A DNA stretch of 63,775 nucleotides, the filler included, from Polymyxa betae A26-41 (lineage: Eukaryota > Protista > Endomyxa: Phytomyxea): the NCBI GenBank assembly GCA_003693705.1. It is 5 parts of 5 records of this genome, joined end to end, with 100 filler letters (N's around TTAATTAATTAA, not from the genome) between each part and the next. Parts side by side here need not be neighbours in the genome. Positions count along the whole stretch, not along the records: positions 48,653 to 63,775 come from RBZT01000306.1; 4 more parts are not named here. One strand, given 5' to 3'. Numbering within the stretch: the first letter of the stretch is position 1; each line of letters begins with the position of its first letter. The notes beneath the pieces are model-generated. The model made no database searches. It had not been told where the DNA came from and was given only the letters and a program-made list of their open reading frames with translations. The position numbers and the translations under genes are program-made. Of this stretch, positions 51,322-63,252 are shown piece after piece.

Positions 51322-51327
51322 ACTAAT

Positions 51328-51340
51328 TAATCAAATCGAA
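51328..51340 (+). terminator. Putative snRNA 3' box TAATCAAA(A/T)CGAA
   Basis: Same 13-mer downstream of U1 copy 1 (31469-31481, minus) and U2 (56252-56264, minus). Confidence 0.7.
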
Positions 51341-52900
51341 CTTTTTAAAAATGAACTATTCTTTACTGTGGGTTTTGTCTGTTGAAGGCAGTTGTCAAGA
51401 CCGTTGCTGCTACAATCATATCCGGATGTCACAGTTGCCAATCCCAGAGACTCGGAGTGCGGTGCCGGAGGAATCTTTCGACGTCTCGCCCATGATGGAG
51501 CTTTCTGGTGGCTATACCGCTATAGCAACTGGCAACGAACTGAGGGTCCGTGATCGATAACACGACACTTCTTTTGCTCCTGCTCGTCTCGCATTCACCT
51601 GTTTCGTGACCTCAGAGGCTCAGACTCCAGTCTCTGTCATACAGGCCCTGAGAGCTGCGGAACTTCCTCACAATTATACTGATATAGCCAAGGTGTACCC
51701 AAAATTCCAAGTATTGTCAAAGACAGATGATTCACTTGCAATCGCCAATGTAGAAATAAAACTGATTAGTTTGCATTCTAAACATTGCAGATTACATCCT
51801 TATATGAAACGATTATGGTCGTATAGTACAGCACAAAGTGTGAATTGCGGTTCTTCAAAGGCTTCAGGGTGCGTATGGTAAAGTTAGTAGGAATCCAATC
51901 ATGGTGCAAGCTCTGCAAACCGAGACTAGCAACCTAGGAGCTGAAAATATGCAAGATCAGATCCGCATGTATTGAGATATGGCTCGGCATCACAGTTTTC
52001 GAGGGGAAAACCTCGCTGGCCTGTAATCAAATCCCCAGTAGCAATAAGACCTGTTCCCTGTAAGTTAATGAGGATACATTATGGCTTCCAACTGACATTG
52101 GATTGGATTTGACTAGTTCGTTGATTTTCATCAAGTATCAACAAGCGGTGCTATCTCCTAAGCACATGGCCAAATAGGACACAAATGGTCACTATAGGAG
52201 CTCCTACTATCCATTTTCGGTGCGGACATTATTTCACCCCGTTCAAACTAACATTAAGATTGGTTTGCTCAGCCTTCAGAACCGCAATTCACACTTCAAG
52301 ACTTGTTCCTATTGGAGATTTTTGAGTTTGGGCTAGCGAGGTTTTCTCAACACTAAATTCTAATGGCCACAATTTCGAATACTGTGATACCGTGCCATAT
52401 CTCAACTCTTGCGGGATTGGATTGGATAGCACTGTTTGCTCGCATCTCTCAGCAGGGAAGGCGGCACAGATACCCGAGTGCGCGGCCTGAACCTGAGTGC
52501 AGGTTCTCACACTTGAACATTTCGGAGACATTTCAGCCCTGAAACTCACACGGATCTGACGATTCATATTGCTGCTTCTAGTTTGGTCGTCTCGGTTTGC
52601 AGAGTTCGCATCATGACGTTAACCGTCCCGAAATCTCGCTCAATTTTTGTCACCCTGCTGACATTTTGGCATCCATGCAGAAGAAAAAGTATAAAAATGC
52701 AGCCAGGAATGATATTTGGGTGACTGAAGACATATATTTATTGCGTGCTTCTGAGCTGAGGATTGCCAAATGCATAGCTGAAACATCTTACGGTAACATT
52801 CAATTCAGCAGTGAAACGAGCTCTTTCACATCGTACCTTTGATGCGGTGATTCCCGGCGAACAGAACCGGTAAGCTAGTTTTTGATAAAAATGGATGCTT

Positions 52901-53224
52901 GATATAAACAGAGCTACGTCAGAGCTATGTATCAAAAGAATAGTGCTGGCTTATAGTGTCATTCCTTCCGTTTCAGCAACGGTTAGCTAAAAGCGCTCTT
53001 AGACAAATCACGAGATATCAAATTGTCTGATTCTAAACATTGCCTTCCTTTATCTTGTCAATGATATAAACAAAGCTACGTCAGAGCTATTTATCAAAAG
53101 AAAAGTGCTGGTTTATAGTGTCATTCCTTCCGTTTCAGCAACGGTTAGCTAGAAGCGCTCCTAGACAAATCACGATATATCAAAACGTCTGACTCTAAAC
53201 ATTGCCTTCCTTTATTTTGTCAAA
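52901..53224. repeat. 162-bp tandem duplication upstream of tRNA-Leu
   Basis: GATATAAACA.AGCTACGTCAGAGCTAT...CCTTTAT.TTGTCAA starts at 52901 and again at 53063. Confidence 0.92.
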
Positions 53225-53280
53225 AAGATAAATCCACATCAAGCGCTTTTGTATCGCCTGCTGCTCTCTGAAACAAGATC

Positions 53281-53364
53281 GCATTTGTGGCCGAGCGGTC
53301 TAAGGCGTCCGACTCAAGTTCGGATCCTCGTCAGAGGGCGTGGGTTCAAATCCCATCGAATGCA
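53281..53364 (+). tRNA. tRNA-Leu(CAA)
   Basis: A box TGGCCGAGCGG, anticodon loop CTCAAGT, long variable arm, GGTTCAAATCC, downstream T-run. Confidence 0.95.
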
Positions 53365-54630
53365 TTCTTTTTTGCTGGAGAGTGCATGTTTTTGTCTTCT
53401 TGATTGCTTTACATTCTATTGAGTAAATACATAATCAGTAAATAATATGCGAATTATCATCCTGCAAAAGTAGAGGTATGATACTTTCATTAATGTTTCA
53501 CAGCTTGAAATGAAAAACATGTTCGGATGCTGAGTTTCCCTCATTCCAAACTCCTTGCCTCTATCCCGGCATTTATAACAGTGGATGCGACTCGCGATGC
53601 AATATCAACAACAGCATCAAAAGAGGACCAGAAATATTGGATGCTTTGGAGTCTCTGTTATCTATTTCCTTCGCAAGAGTGGTGACTATTCGCATCGAAA
53701 CTTTGTGTCCATGTCCATACAATCACAATGCGTAAAGACTTTATTTTTGTAGTTTATGCTGGAAACAAAATGCGAATTGTCCATTCTATCCCGAAAAGTA
53801 ACTTTAACTGCAAAAAATCTCCCGACCCGTCAATTCGTCCAGGCAAGAAAATTGATAAACTAACCAATGACGACCTCAAATGGGCCACTCAGGATGATTT
53901 ATTGCCATGGTTTTTGCCGTCGCATTCACAAGCGTAGCCCACATCCAAACCACGACCAACTTTAATAATCAAATTAGCAGCAGAGCCATTCTTAAACGGA
54001 GCGCATTTCGAGAATATCTGATGTCAAGATCAGCTGAAAAATGAACCGGTCGAAGCCAGTCGGTTATAGGACGACTATCCAAACTCAGAATAGAACCTGA
54101 CCTTCTTCAACTCCTGCCCTTTGGGCTATTCTTCAGCCAACCCTAAAGGCATGTGAAACAATATTGCTATCCGATCTCATTGAATGGCTCTGCACAGCCC
54201 AATCCATAGCCCAATCACCAACCAGATTGCATTTCTGAATGCTGCTGCAAAGACCGAACCCATGGCTGCCAAACTCTACACAAATCAATGATAGTGCTTG
54301 TTTTCGACCTGATTTTCATTGGCTGCAAAGGTCATGAAGTCAAACTCAGTGTGCTTTGACTGGAAATCCACCTAGATTGGAAATAATTCCTGTTTCTTTC
54401 TTGAAAAAATTAATGGCTACAAAATAAGATAAAATAATGGGTTCGTTTCAGCAAATATTCAAAGATCAATTGAAAAGGAGATCCGAACTTGGTCTGTGAC
54501 GAAGCATCTCCTTAAAAAAAAATCCGCCTGAGAAGACTTGGCATTGCCAGCGACTGGCAGCGAAACCGACTGAGAGACGTTGTCCGGAAGGACCTCGCCA
54601 TTGGCGTCTTCGTCTCTCGATTTGATTCAG

Positions 54631-54912
54631 ATGTCGTCGTCGCCTTCGTCGAGGTCGGAGCCGGGACCGCAGCCGCAACCAAAGTCGCCAGTTCAATCGA
54701 CGGAGTCCTCATCACCAACCTGTTCGTCGACGCCACCGCAGCGCCCAGCGCCAAGCACAGGCAAGGTCGTCTTGACGATGGAGGAAAAGGCGAAAATCTG
54801 GGCCACGCTTCTACCGAAGATTGAGTCCGAAGCGTTGATGCGAATCAGGCACCGCCAGCTAGAGATCGAGTTAGAATGCGGGAAGCTGGACGAACCGGTT
54901 CGGTGTCCGTAA
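54631..54912 (+). CDS. Small hypothetical Ser/Pro-rich protein
   Basis: GC-rich ORF with a disordered N-terminus and a helical-looking C-terminus; no recognised domain. Confidence 0.35.
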   Translation: MSSSPSSRSEPGPQPQPKSPVQSTESSSPTCSSTPPQRPAPSTGKVVLTMEEKAKIWATLLPKIESEALMRIRHRQLEIELECGKLDEPVRCP

Positions 54913-55188
54913 TGAGAGCTGCAGCAATGTGTTGATATGATAGTAGGGCGATAACTTTCTACCGCTGACAAAGTTGGAGATCGCACAAGACAAGTATGAG
55001 CTTGGAGTCCTCGAAAACTACATCAGGGTCATTGATCGACGGCGAGACGCGCAATCCCGAACCCGCCGCTGAAGCTTCGTGCCAATAAAGTGGTTAATTT
55101 GAGGATTCAAGCTGAAGATGAAATTCACAATTCTGCATTTCCATTTGCTGCAGCAAATGGTAGGAAGAACCTTTGGTAAGAAGGACTT

Positions 55189-55262
55189 GTCTGAGTGGCG
55201 CAACTGGTCAGCGCGTTCGGCTGTTAACCGAGAGGTTGTGGGTTCGAGTCCCACCTTTGACG
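55189..55262 (+). tRNA. tRNA-Asn(GTT)
   Basis: TGGCGCAACTGG, anticodon arm TTCGG CTGTTAA CCGAG, GGTTCGAGTCC, poly-T terminator; one T-T mismatch in the acceptor stem. Confidence 0.93.
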
Positions 55263-56271
55263 ACTTTTTTTTTTGCTGACTTTCTACGAACTTTTCGTAT
55301 TAGTAATCCATTACAGTCTGTTTGAATGTGTCATGAGAGGTTTACTTTTCCCAAAAGTTCCAGTAGCTGTCGCTTCGTTGCACCATGGTATCGGCCCAGA
55401 CGACTGTGGCCATCTCGTTGGATGCCCAAATTTCACAGCGGATTCTGAGCCTTTACCTTGTTATTCCCCTCGGAATTTTAGTTTTTGAAATGAGAGAATT
55501 TGACTGCGTCCAGCAAGCCAAGAGCAGCATTTTTTCTAAAATGTCTCCGCTTGATTCCATTATACATGGCCTGAAATCAAAAATGAATTCTGTACTTGAA
55601 GCAAGAGCATGAGCTGGAGCGTCGGATCAAATCCAAATCGTATCCTTTTTAAGCAAGCAGAAAAAGTTTGTTGCTGTTTGAATCGCAATGCTCATGATTC
55701 TCCATCTCATCTCAGAAAATACCAGATTTTCAGCCCATTGCTGTCTAGCTCGTGAAAGACTGTTCACAGTAATTCAAATTTCATACTCGATGTTTGTAAC
55801 ACCCGTTTTGTAAGCGTTGTAACTTATTCCAGCCGAAGTTGAGCTGCTCTATTGGATCTGAAGAATTCACAATAGATGCGAATCCATTTTTGCCAACAGC
55901 AGCGGATATCAATATTTTGTTACTTTTTATTTTTTTACGAGGTCAAAGAGCGCGGTCTTATCAACTAAGTCCTAGAGCTTAGATTCATAAAAGGTTTTCA
56001 AGAATGTGTTAAATGGTCAGCGAATTCTGAGGATTTGATGCAACGAAATTACATATACGGAAGTGCGGGCCAATCACATCAACGACATCATTCATTTTGA
56101 GCAAATGAAGGTCCATCTTATCTTCATTCTTGCCAAGTGCTCTCTCTCTATCAAACAACCTCTCTGATGGAGTACTGTTTTCTGATTACGCTTCATGATA
56201 CCCTAAATCCGGATTCTGAATCGACAATATGCAGATTCATTTCGAAATGAATTCGTTTTGATTACGATGTG

Positions 56272-56470
56272 CTGAGTGCCAAAGCACCCGCGACGCTCTG
56301 CTGTAGTGCAATACAGAGGTCACTGATGACCATCCAGGATGGCAAGCCAGAGCCCAGACGGTCAGGCAACAAAAATAGTCGTGAACAGTGTCCCCAGTGG
56401 AGACAAGAACTTTGTCACGAGTTCTAGAACAGATACTACACTTGATCTTAGCCAAAAGGCCGAGAAGGTT
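56272..56470 (-). ncRNA. U2: U2 spliceosomal snRNA
   Basis: CCTTCTCGGCCTTTTGGCTAAGATCAAGTGTAGTATCTGTTCT, Sm site ATTTTTG, loop IV TATTGCACTA. Confidence 0.97.
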
Positions 56471-56525
56471 GTCGATCGCTACCCATACAATCAGTATAAC
56501 AGTTGTCGAATGGCGGAGATGCATT

Positions 56526-56536
56526 TATGGGACCTT
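56526..56536 (-). promoter_or_regulatory. snRNA upstream element AAGGTCCCATA (U2)
   Basis: Identical to the element upstream of both U1 genes. Confidence 0.8.
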
Positions 56537-57329
56537 CTTGGGAACATAATCTGCGCACCTTGCGAAACTGCGCTGTCGCAGGTTTCACAATTCTGCGCCA
56601 CTGTTTCAATCTCAACTTGACAAGTTCCATACTGAATGCTGTCAATGCCTGCGCTGCGTTCGTCCAGTCGTTTAGGAAGAACAGGTCCATCTTTAAAAAA
56701 GAAATGCATCGACTTTGTGCTTGGTCTACACATGCTGAAGCATAACTAAAGATAATAGGAACTGAATGAGCGATAGTCTTAGTTTAAACACTTTGAGATA
56801 TCATTTTCAGACTTCGATATGACAAAGCTGCTAACTTTATTCAGAGTCATACCGTCAAATCTACCTGAATTACCTGGAAATGTGACTTTTCATGCATGTT
56901 TTATTTATGACTTCTCCATAAGACTATAAAACTTTGTTTATTTGGCAACTCGACCTGCCATACGATTTACAGCTGTCGAGCGTCCCAGTTTATTTTGTCC
57001 TGGTCGCTTTTGAATCCGCCATTGACCTCACTCGCAGCGCTAAAACAGTTATGATGGCCCTGCTCGTGCGATGCAATTCTTCGGATGCCTTATCTCTGGG
57101 TCACCCAAAAATGACCCCTTCTGTCCTAAATGTTGTTCTGGCAGGACTGAAATATACGACTATATAGAGAGCGTTCTGTTACGAGAATACGATGTCGAGA
57201 ACAGCTAATGCGGATGGAATGAATCATGGCCGGAAGCTGCTGGGCCTGACAGCGATTGATGTCAGATTGATTCCGAATCCGATGATAGTGAGCTTCCTGC
57301 TTCAGTCTCAGAACCCCTTTTGTTCAACA

Positions 57330-59910
57330 ATGTCACCTATCGTATTATATCCAATCTTCATCCAGATATTGCTGCTGTATTCATGCTCAGCTTCGATCCT
57401 CACCGAACAATCGGCAGCGGAATCCATCACCGCCCTCCATGATAGACTAACGCACGTTACCCGGCTCGTGACCAACATCATTAATGTTTCAACAGGAACG
57501 AATCCTCGATCACCTTTGACAAAGACAATATTCCAGATGAGATCAGCGATCTGATCGAATTTTATTCGAATCCGCCGAAATCCTCCTCATTATGGCGTAA
57601 ACTGAAATCGTCTTCTCTGATCACAGAAGACGCTATTCGCAGCCTGTTGAAATCGCAGACTCAACATCAGGTACGATTCGCTGCCATACTGATAGCATCA
57701 CATGGCCCCGCCAAGGCCGATCTCGTCATGGACGTGCTGGCCCTGGACGATCACCAGATCGATCTGCAGCCGTATTATGAGCCAATGTTAACCCGCCTTG
57801 GGAAGAACGAAATCCGAAACTTGGCGTCGAGGTTCGCGGAGACGTATTTGGACGGCGGCAGGCGCATGGAGGCCGAATTTCAGTCCGGCTGGGCTCGGCG
57901 GAATTTCTGGGATCTGTAGATGGTGAGACGAGGAGGCGGTACGTTGGTGCGTGAGATGTCCGCAACGGTGTCCGAAAAGGTGTCGCCTTGGTGGTGGACG
58001 GAACTGTTCCAATCGGAGCTCTTGAAGATAACCGCGGTGACTCCGAATTCGAAACGAACTTTGGAATCGATTCGGAAACTTGTCTCGGTTAATGTTAATC
58101 AAGACGATTATGTGAACGAAGCTGTGATTCGATGCGTTATGAGACTCGGTTCGCCGAACAATTTCATGACCATGTTGGTGGATGGAAAAGTGAAATCCTG
58201 GTTCGGGGGTTTTCCGCTTTGTTTTCGTGGCTCTGGAATGAGGCTGCTTTTGTATAGGTTATTGCGCGAAATTCCTCTCGGAGATCAGTTTCAGAGTTTG
58301 TTCGAATCCGGGGAACTTGGTTTGAGCAGAATTGTGTCTCATGCTGAATCATCGGCTGAAGATTTCCTGATGGCTCTCGTCGACCGTTCTGTGTAAGTCA
58401 TCGGCTGTGATATTGCGGGTTGGTTCGATGAAGTTCCATCTATCACAGCGCTATCAAGGATAAATGCCGGAGAAAGGGCACTAATCGGAAACTGAAGGCG
58501 AATGAGCTGGAGATATTCGAGACCGATTTTCCAACCTCGTCAGACATTTATCACGATTGTCTTGATACAGAGTTCGTATCTTTGATTCGATTTGGTTTTT
58601 TAACGCTTTTGTTTTGGCCAAAGTTTCCGTTTGTTTTCATGATTCTGCAAGTTCATGAAAACCCTAATTGCTACATCTGTTCGTACAGGTGATTGACTCT
58701 GTTCTGCTTAGTGACTTATTGAATGCGATTGGTGAGATGCACTATGCTCTGATACACGAGAACTCCGCCCCATACACCCGATACTACAAAACCCTCGTTA
58801 AAACCCACGAAAACGGCGCATATGATGACGTTGCTGAAGACTGGATCGATATCGTAGAGTCGCTGGCTGCCAGGTCGTACTACTCCCAATCACCGCTTTA
58901 TGTTCTAATGCGGTTTATTTGACGCCATCCATTTGACGAGCTTGAATTAAGCCGCCCTTTTGTTCAGACTTGACCTGATGGGGAATATCGCCTGCAATCG
59001 AACCGCTGCTCTGCAGTTTCTGTTGGATTATTCGGCTACGGCGGACCAGGAGCCGGACCAGGTCCGCGCCGCTCTATTCGATGTCGCTGTCTGTGCACTT
59101 CCGGCCATTAATCCGGACCAGATTCCATCTCTCTATTCGCGAACACTTCTTCATCCGTTTTGGAACAATTCGGACCTGTACAATGCGATCATGATCTGGG
59201 GCAAAACGAACCTTTTCAATCCGGAAATTTGTTACCGTATCGTATCGGAAACGTTACAGCTGGTTGCGGACCCCGTCACGCAGCTGGACTAGAATGAGGT
59301 CAAGCCCCGAATCCGCTCTATCTACTATTCGTATTTGGATGCGGACCAGCGTCAATCAATTCGGCGGCATATTCCTCAATTTGCGGACAGTACGACCCCC
59401 ATTTGCCGGCCACGTCTCTCACCATTGACTGACGGTTCTGTTACAGTCATAGTACCGAGACCTCCGGCATTCGAAATCACCGCAGATAATCTCGGAAAGG
59501 TAACAAGTTTGTATGAACTTTTTGGCGCATTTTGTTAAGACAGTTGATTTTTCATCCATTTTTTCATTATGTGATTGTTGCTCGGATAATTTTTCAGGTG
59601 AAAAGCTCGATCACGGATAATTGCGTTATCTGTCAGTATGGGCTGGAAATGTCCAGCAGTGAAGAGGTCAGTTTCAGGCAGTTGTCCTTTCTGCCGGAGT
59701 TTGATCTCTCTGCAGGACTCGACGGATGAGCTCTGGTCGACGCCTGATTGTGGCCATCTTCTGCATTTAGATTGCGCTCATAACATGATCGAGGAATTTG
59801 TTAGTAACAATGATCAGAAGAGTTTCGCATGTCCGAACTGCCGAACCGATCTAACTGGACATGTTTCCTCCATTATGGGAAGCGATCTCACAACATTTTC
59901 AACTCAATAA
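57330..59910 (+). pseudogene. Secreted RING-H2 E3 ubiquitin ligase-like protein, multi-exon, with stops and frameshifts
   Basis: Signal peptide MSPIVLYPIFIQILLLYSCSA; removing intron 59667-59715 gives CVIC...CGHLLHLDC...CPNC (C3H2C3); in-frame stops at ~57917 and ~59290. Confidence 0.8.
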
Positions 59911-61618
59911 ATCCAGTGGTTGTGAATCCAAATTTTTCTGCTCTACCCCCGATACAATAGAAGTTCCTTATAATAGATGTTGGGTGGAATTGCTATTTTG
60001 ACATCTGCTGGTTTTGGGTTGTGCTCGAATCTATTTCTTTATAACCGAAAACTAAGGAATCTATCACAAAGGGACGTAGTATGATGACAGATTTTGTTTA
60101 GAGAACTGGAATCCATGTCAGCACGACTTTGATCAATACTATCGATGAATTATCCTGATAGAATCTCGTAGGTTGTATAGATGCTTGGTGATCTGCCTCA
60201 TTACAGTTTGCCAATCGATGGGTGTCTTCAGTCAATCATCAGATGTTTTCGCATCTGTTGAAACTCACAAGACAGATCATGCTGTAGGTGAATCCGACCA
60301 CGATCGAGATTCGACGCCATTGTAACGATACTCCTATGAGCATGTCGCGTGACCGGCTCCCAGGACTTGGGCTCCGTATAGCCTGGTTAATTATGGATAC
60401 GAACGAGTCAACTCAGCTATTGGGCTTGAAATAACATCTTCGAAACAGGCAGGTTCAAGTATTGAATATGTCTGTATCTACGGCTTTACTTTCCATATCG
60501 GCGAATCAATCGACATATGAAACCTGCGATTTCTATTCAGTTTATTTCCGATCCAAACATTTCTGCGATTGCAAAAAAGGGTGCGAAAACTACGATTTTC
60601 CGGGAACGGAAATCTGGATGATGATCGTCTTGAATCTAAACTTCTGTGGACCTTGAACATCATGGAATAATTTATAGTTGGATGAAACCTTGCTTTACGA
60701 ATATGTCATGTCGATTAATGAAGGGAGTCGCGTGGAAATGCGGTTGAAGTCGCGTGATAGCAATCTGTGATTATCTGATCCATTTGTACAGATTGATATG
60801 ATTTATAGCTCCGATTGGGTCTACGAAATAGAGAACGCTGAATGGAATCCGACCCAGCAGATCCAGTACGAAAATGGGATCCGCGAGTTGATGAAGTTGG
60901 CCGTGGCGCGTAAGCTCCCGTAATCTATGAGATTGTTTTCTGTACGTTTTTTCCGGGAGATATGATGAGCGAACTGATTGAATGGGAGCAGGAAATCGGG
61001 ATTATGAAGTCCTAACAGAACACACGGCAATTCCTATTTACAGGCTGATAGGATGTCTTCAGTAACTTTGAGGGATGATAATATCCAGATATGGCATAGC
61101 TGTGCTCGGAAGGTTAATCAAAGCCTGAAAAAAAAAATCGTTTCTCAATTTTGAGAACAATCAGACCTGATCAGCCCCGCCAAAACAAAAGATCTAATTT
61201 AGTAGCCAACAGATTAGTAAGTTTTAGCCTCACAGCGTTTTTCCAACAGACTGCGATCGGATACGACCATGACAGCTCCAATACTGACGGAAGCAACTAG
61301 TTCAGGAAACCTGTCACATTTGCAGAAAAACTCTCGAGCATGTTTCCAAATTCGCTGGCAATTTCATGGCCATGTTGTTGAGGGCTCTGTATGATACCGT
61401 GAACATCATCAGATACAATTCAGCGTTTTGCCTTTTTGAATGAATTCTCATGAATCCGTGTCTGGTGTGATAATCGATCCCATATTGTGCGAGAAATGCG
61501 CACTGTGGAAAAGTTCATTGACTCCGAATAAAATGCCCGAGATCGTTGTGTGTAGTGCCAGAAGGGTGTCTATGCAAGGAGCGCTGTCGAAACCAAAGTG
61601 AGCCGGGACAAAAAGAAG

Positions 61619-61691
61619 CTCCGGAACGGGGAATTGAACCCCGGTCCCACCCGTGACAGGGGCGAATACTAAACCACTATACTATTCCGGA
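61619..61691 (-). tRNA. tRNA-Asp(GTC)
   Basis: TCCGGAA TAGTATAGTGG...CTGTCAC...GGTTCAATTCC...TTCCGGAG. Confidence 0.95.
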
Positions 61692-62634
61692 AGATGTTGG
61701 AAAGATTTCAATTACGCTCCATGATCATTCGAGCTGAGAATCCCAACATCTTCAGCTGAAAGTACACAACTTCCATAGTAGAAAGGATCATGCTGATGAC
61801 AGCAATGTAATAGAAGCACCGGCTCTAGTCGTTCCTTCTGACAGAAAGCCTTCATGGTGTCATCCAATTCTTTTCCCTCAATAATTGGACAATTCCGTTG
61901 AATCCGTTCGATCTACCACAAGTAGAGTGTTTCGCCATTGAGTTCAAAAGTTCAAAATGCGAATATCGAGGACCCCTTTGCTCAGACAAGGCGGCCCCTT
62001 CGCAGGAAAACTTCTCTACTTGTCTTTCAAACTGCCGGCTCTGTGGATTTCAACAAGATTGTCAGCGAAAGATACACAGCACAATTTTGTATTGGAACAT
62101 TGGAAGACAAATCTAATGCACAAGTACAGCAATCATCAAAGACTGGAATTTTGATGGGATCTGTCAATCTGGCTGATCTTGGTCCACAGGCAGGACTATG
62201 TCCTAATCGCAAAGCTGTTCAACAGTAGCTGCTGTAAACTGCAAACTTTATGATGTGGCTGCTGTGAAGACATCCAATCAGATAGCTGTCTCTAACCACT
62301 CAAAGTCAAAGCTGGTCTCATGTCGAATCGCAAAAAACAAAACAATCTCCTCTGCAAATCCGCTCTCTATTCCAGCTGCTCTTAATGGAAATTCGGGTGT
62401 CCCAATGGTCATTATAGTTGAGTATCAAGATACAGAAAATCTCTGAAAACATATCTGCAAATTGCAATTCTTTTATATTTCTCTGATTGGATAAAAACCA
62501 ATTCTTAGACATAGTGTGGAGATCTCAAAACATGCTCAAATTATCGATAATTGCCATCACAAACTCAATATTAACGGATCCGGCGACGATACTAAGGCGC
62601 AATGGAATTTCGACTGTGAGCAGCTCAATAGAAC

Positions 62635-63252
62635 TTAGCTGTCATGATCGAAAGAGCCTCTTTGTGAATAGGTGGAGATATGACGAAGGTTTTTGAGTAA
62701 TGCGGACATTGTCGGCATGTTCGTATTGTGCAAATAGCAATGACAATAAGCACAGAATGATGATCCGATCGAAGGACCGATATAAATGTCTCGTCTAGAG
62801 CATCTGGAGCAATGCAGCCTGAACACTCCGATTTGGTCCATCAAACGGAAGGCTTCGTGTCCTCGATCATATTTCCGTATCTGATTTCTCAAATCTTCAT
62901 TCTTCTGTTGAAGTTCCTGAATCGTATCATCTTTCTCTATCAGTAGACATTTCTGTATCTCGAAATAAGTCTCAATATCTTGAACAATATTATCACAGAG
63001 TAAATATTCAGCTGAAGATCGCAATAGGAGGAGTTCTGCCATTGGAAGGCGATTGAAGTCTAAACGTAAAATACCTTTGAGAATATCAACAATTAATCGG
63101 AAACTTGCAGGATCTACATCAATGAAATACACATCTTGAATTTGCTCGAATGGAACTGAACAAGTGCACAAATTAGATAGGAGCCAATTCTGTGTCTCGA
63201 TGAAATCTTCAGAGAGTGCAAACATGGAGCCGCGCACAGATAAATGAATCAT
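62635..63252 (-). CDS. BTB/POZ (KCTD/T1-type) protein with coiled coil and C-terminal CxxC...CxxC
   Basis: IHLSVRGSMF...YFIDVDPASFRLIVDILKG...AEYLL; IQELQQKNEDLRNQI; CSRC...CAYC. Confidence 0.85.
   Translation of the reverse strand: MIHLSVRGSMFALSEDFIETQNWLLSNLCTCSVPFEQIQDVYFIDVDPASFRLIVDILKGILRLDFNRLPMAELLLLRSSAEYLLCDNIVQDIETYFEIQKCLLIEKDDTIQELQQKNEDLRNQIRKYDRGHEAFRLMDQIGVFRLHCSRCSRRDIYIGPSIGSSFCAYCHCYLHNTNMPTMSALLKNLRHISTYSQRGSFDHDS

Noticed and set aside
57330-59300. Stop-codon reassignment to explain the in-frame stops
   Set aside because: All three stop types and frameshifts occur only in decayed genes, while H3, USP and BTB read normally
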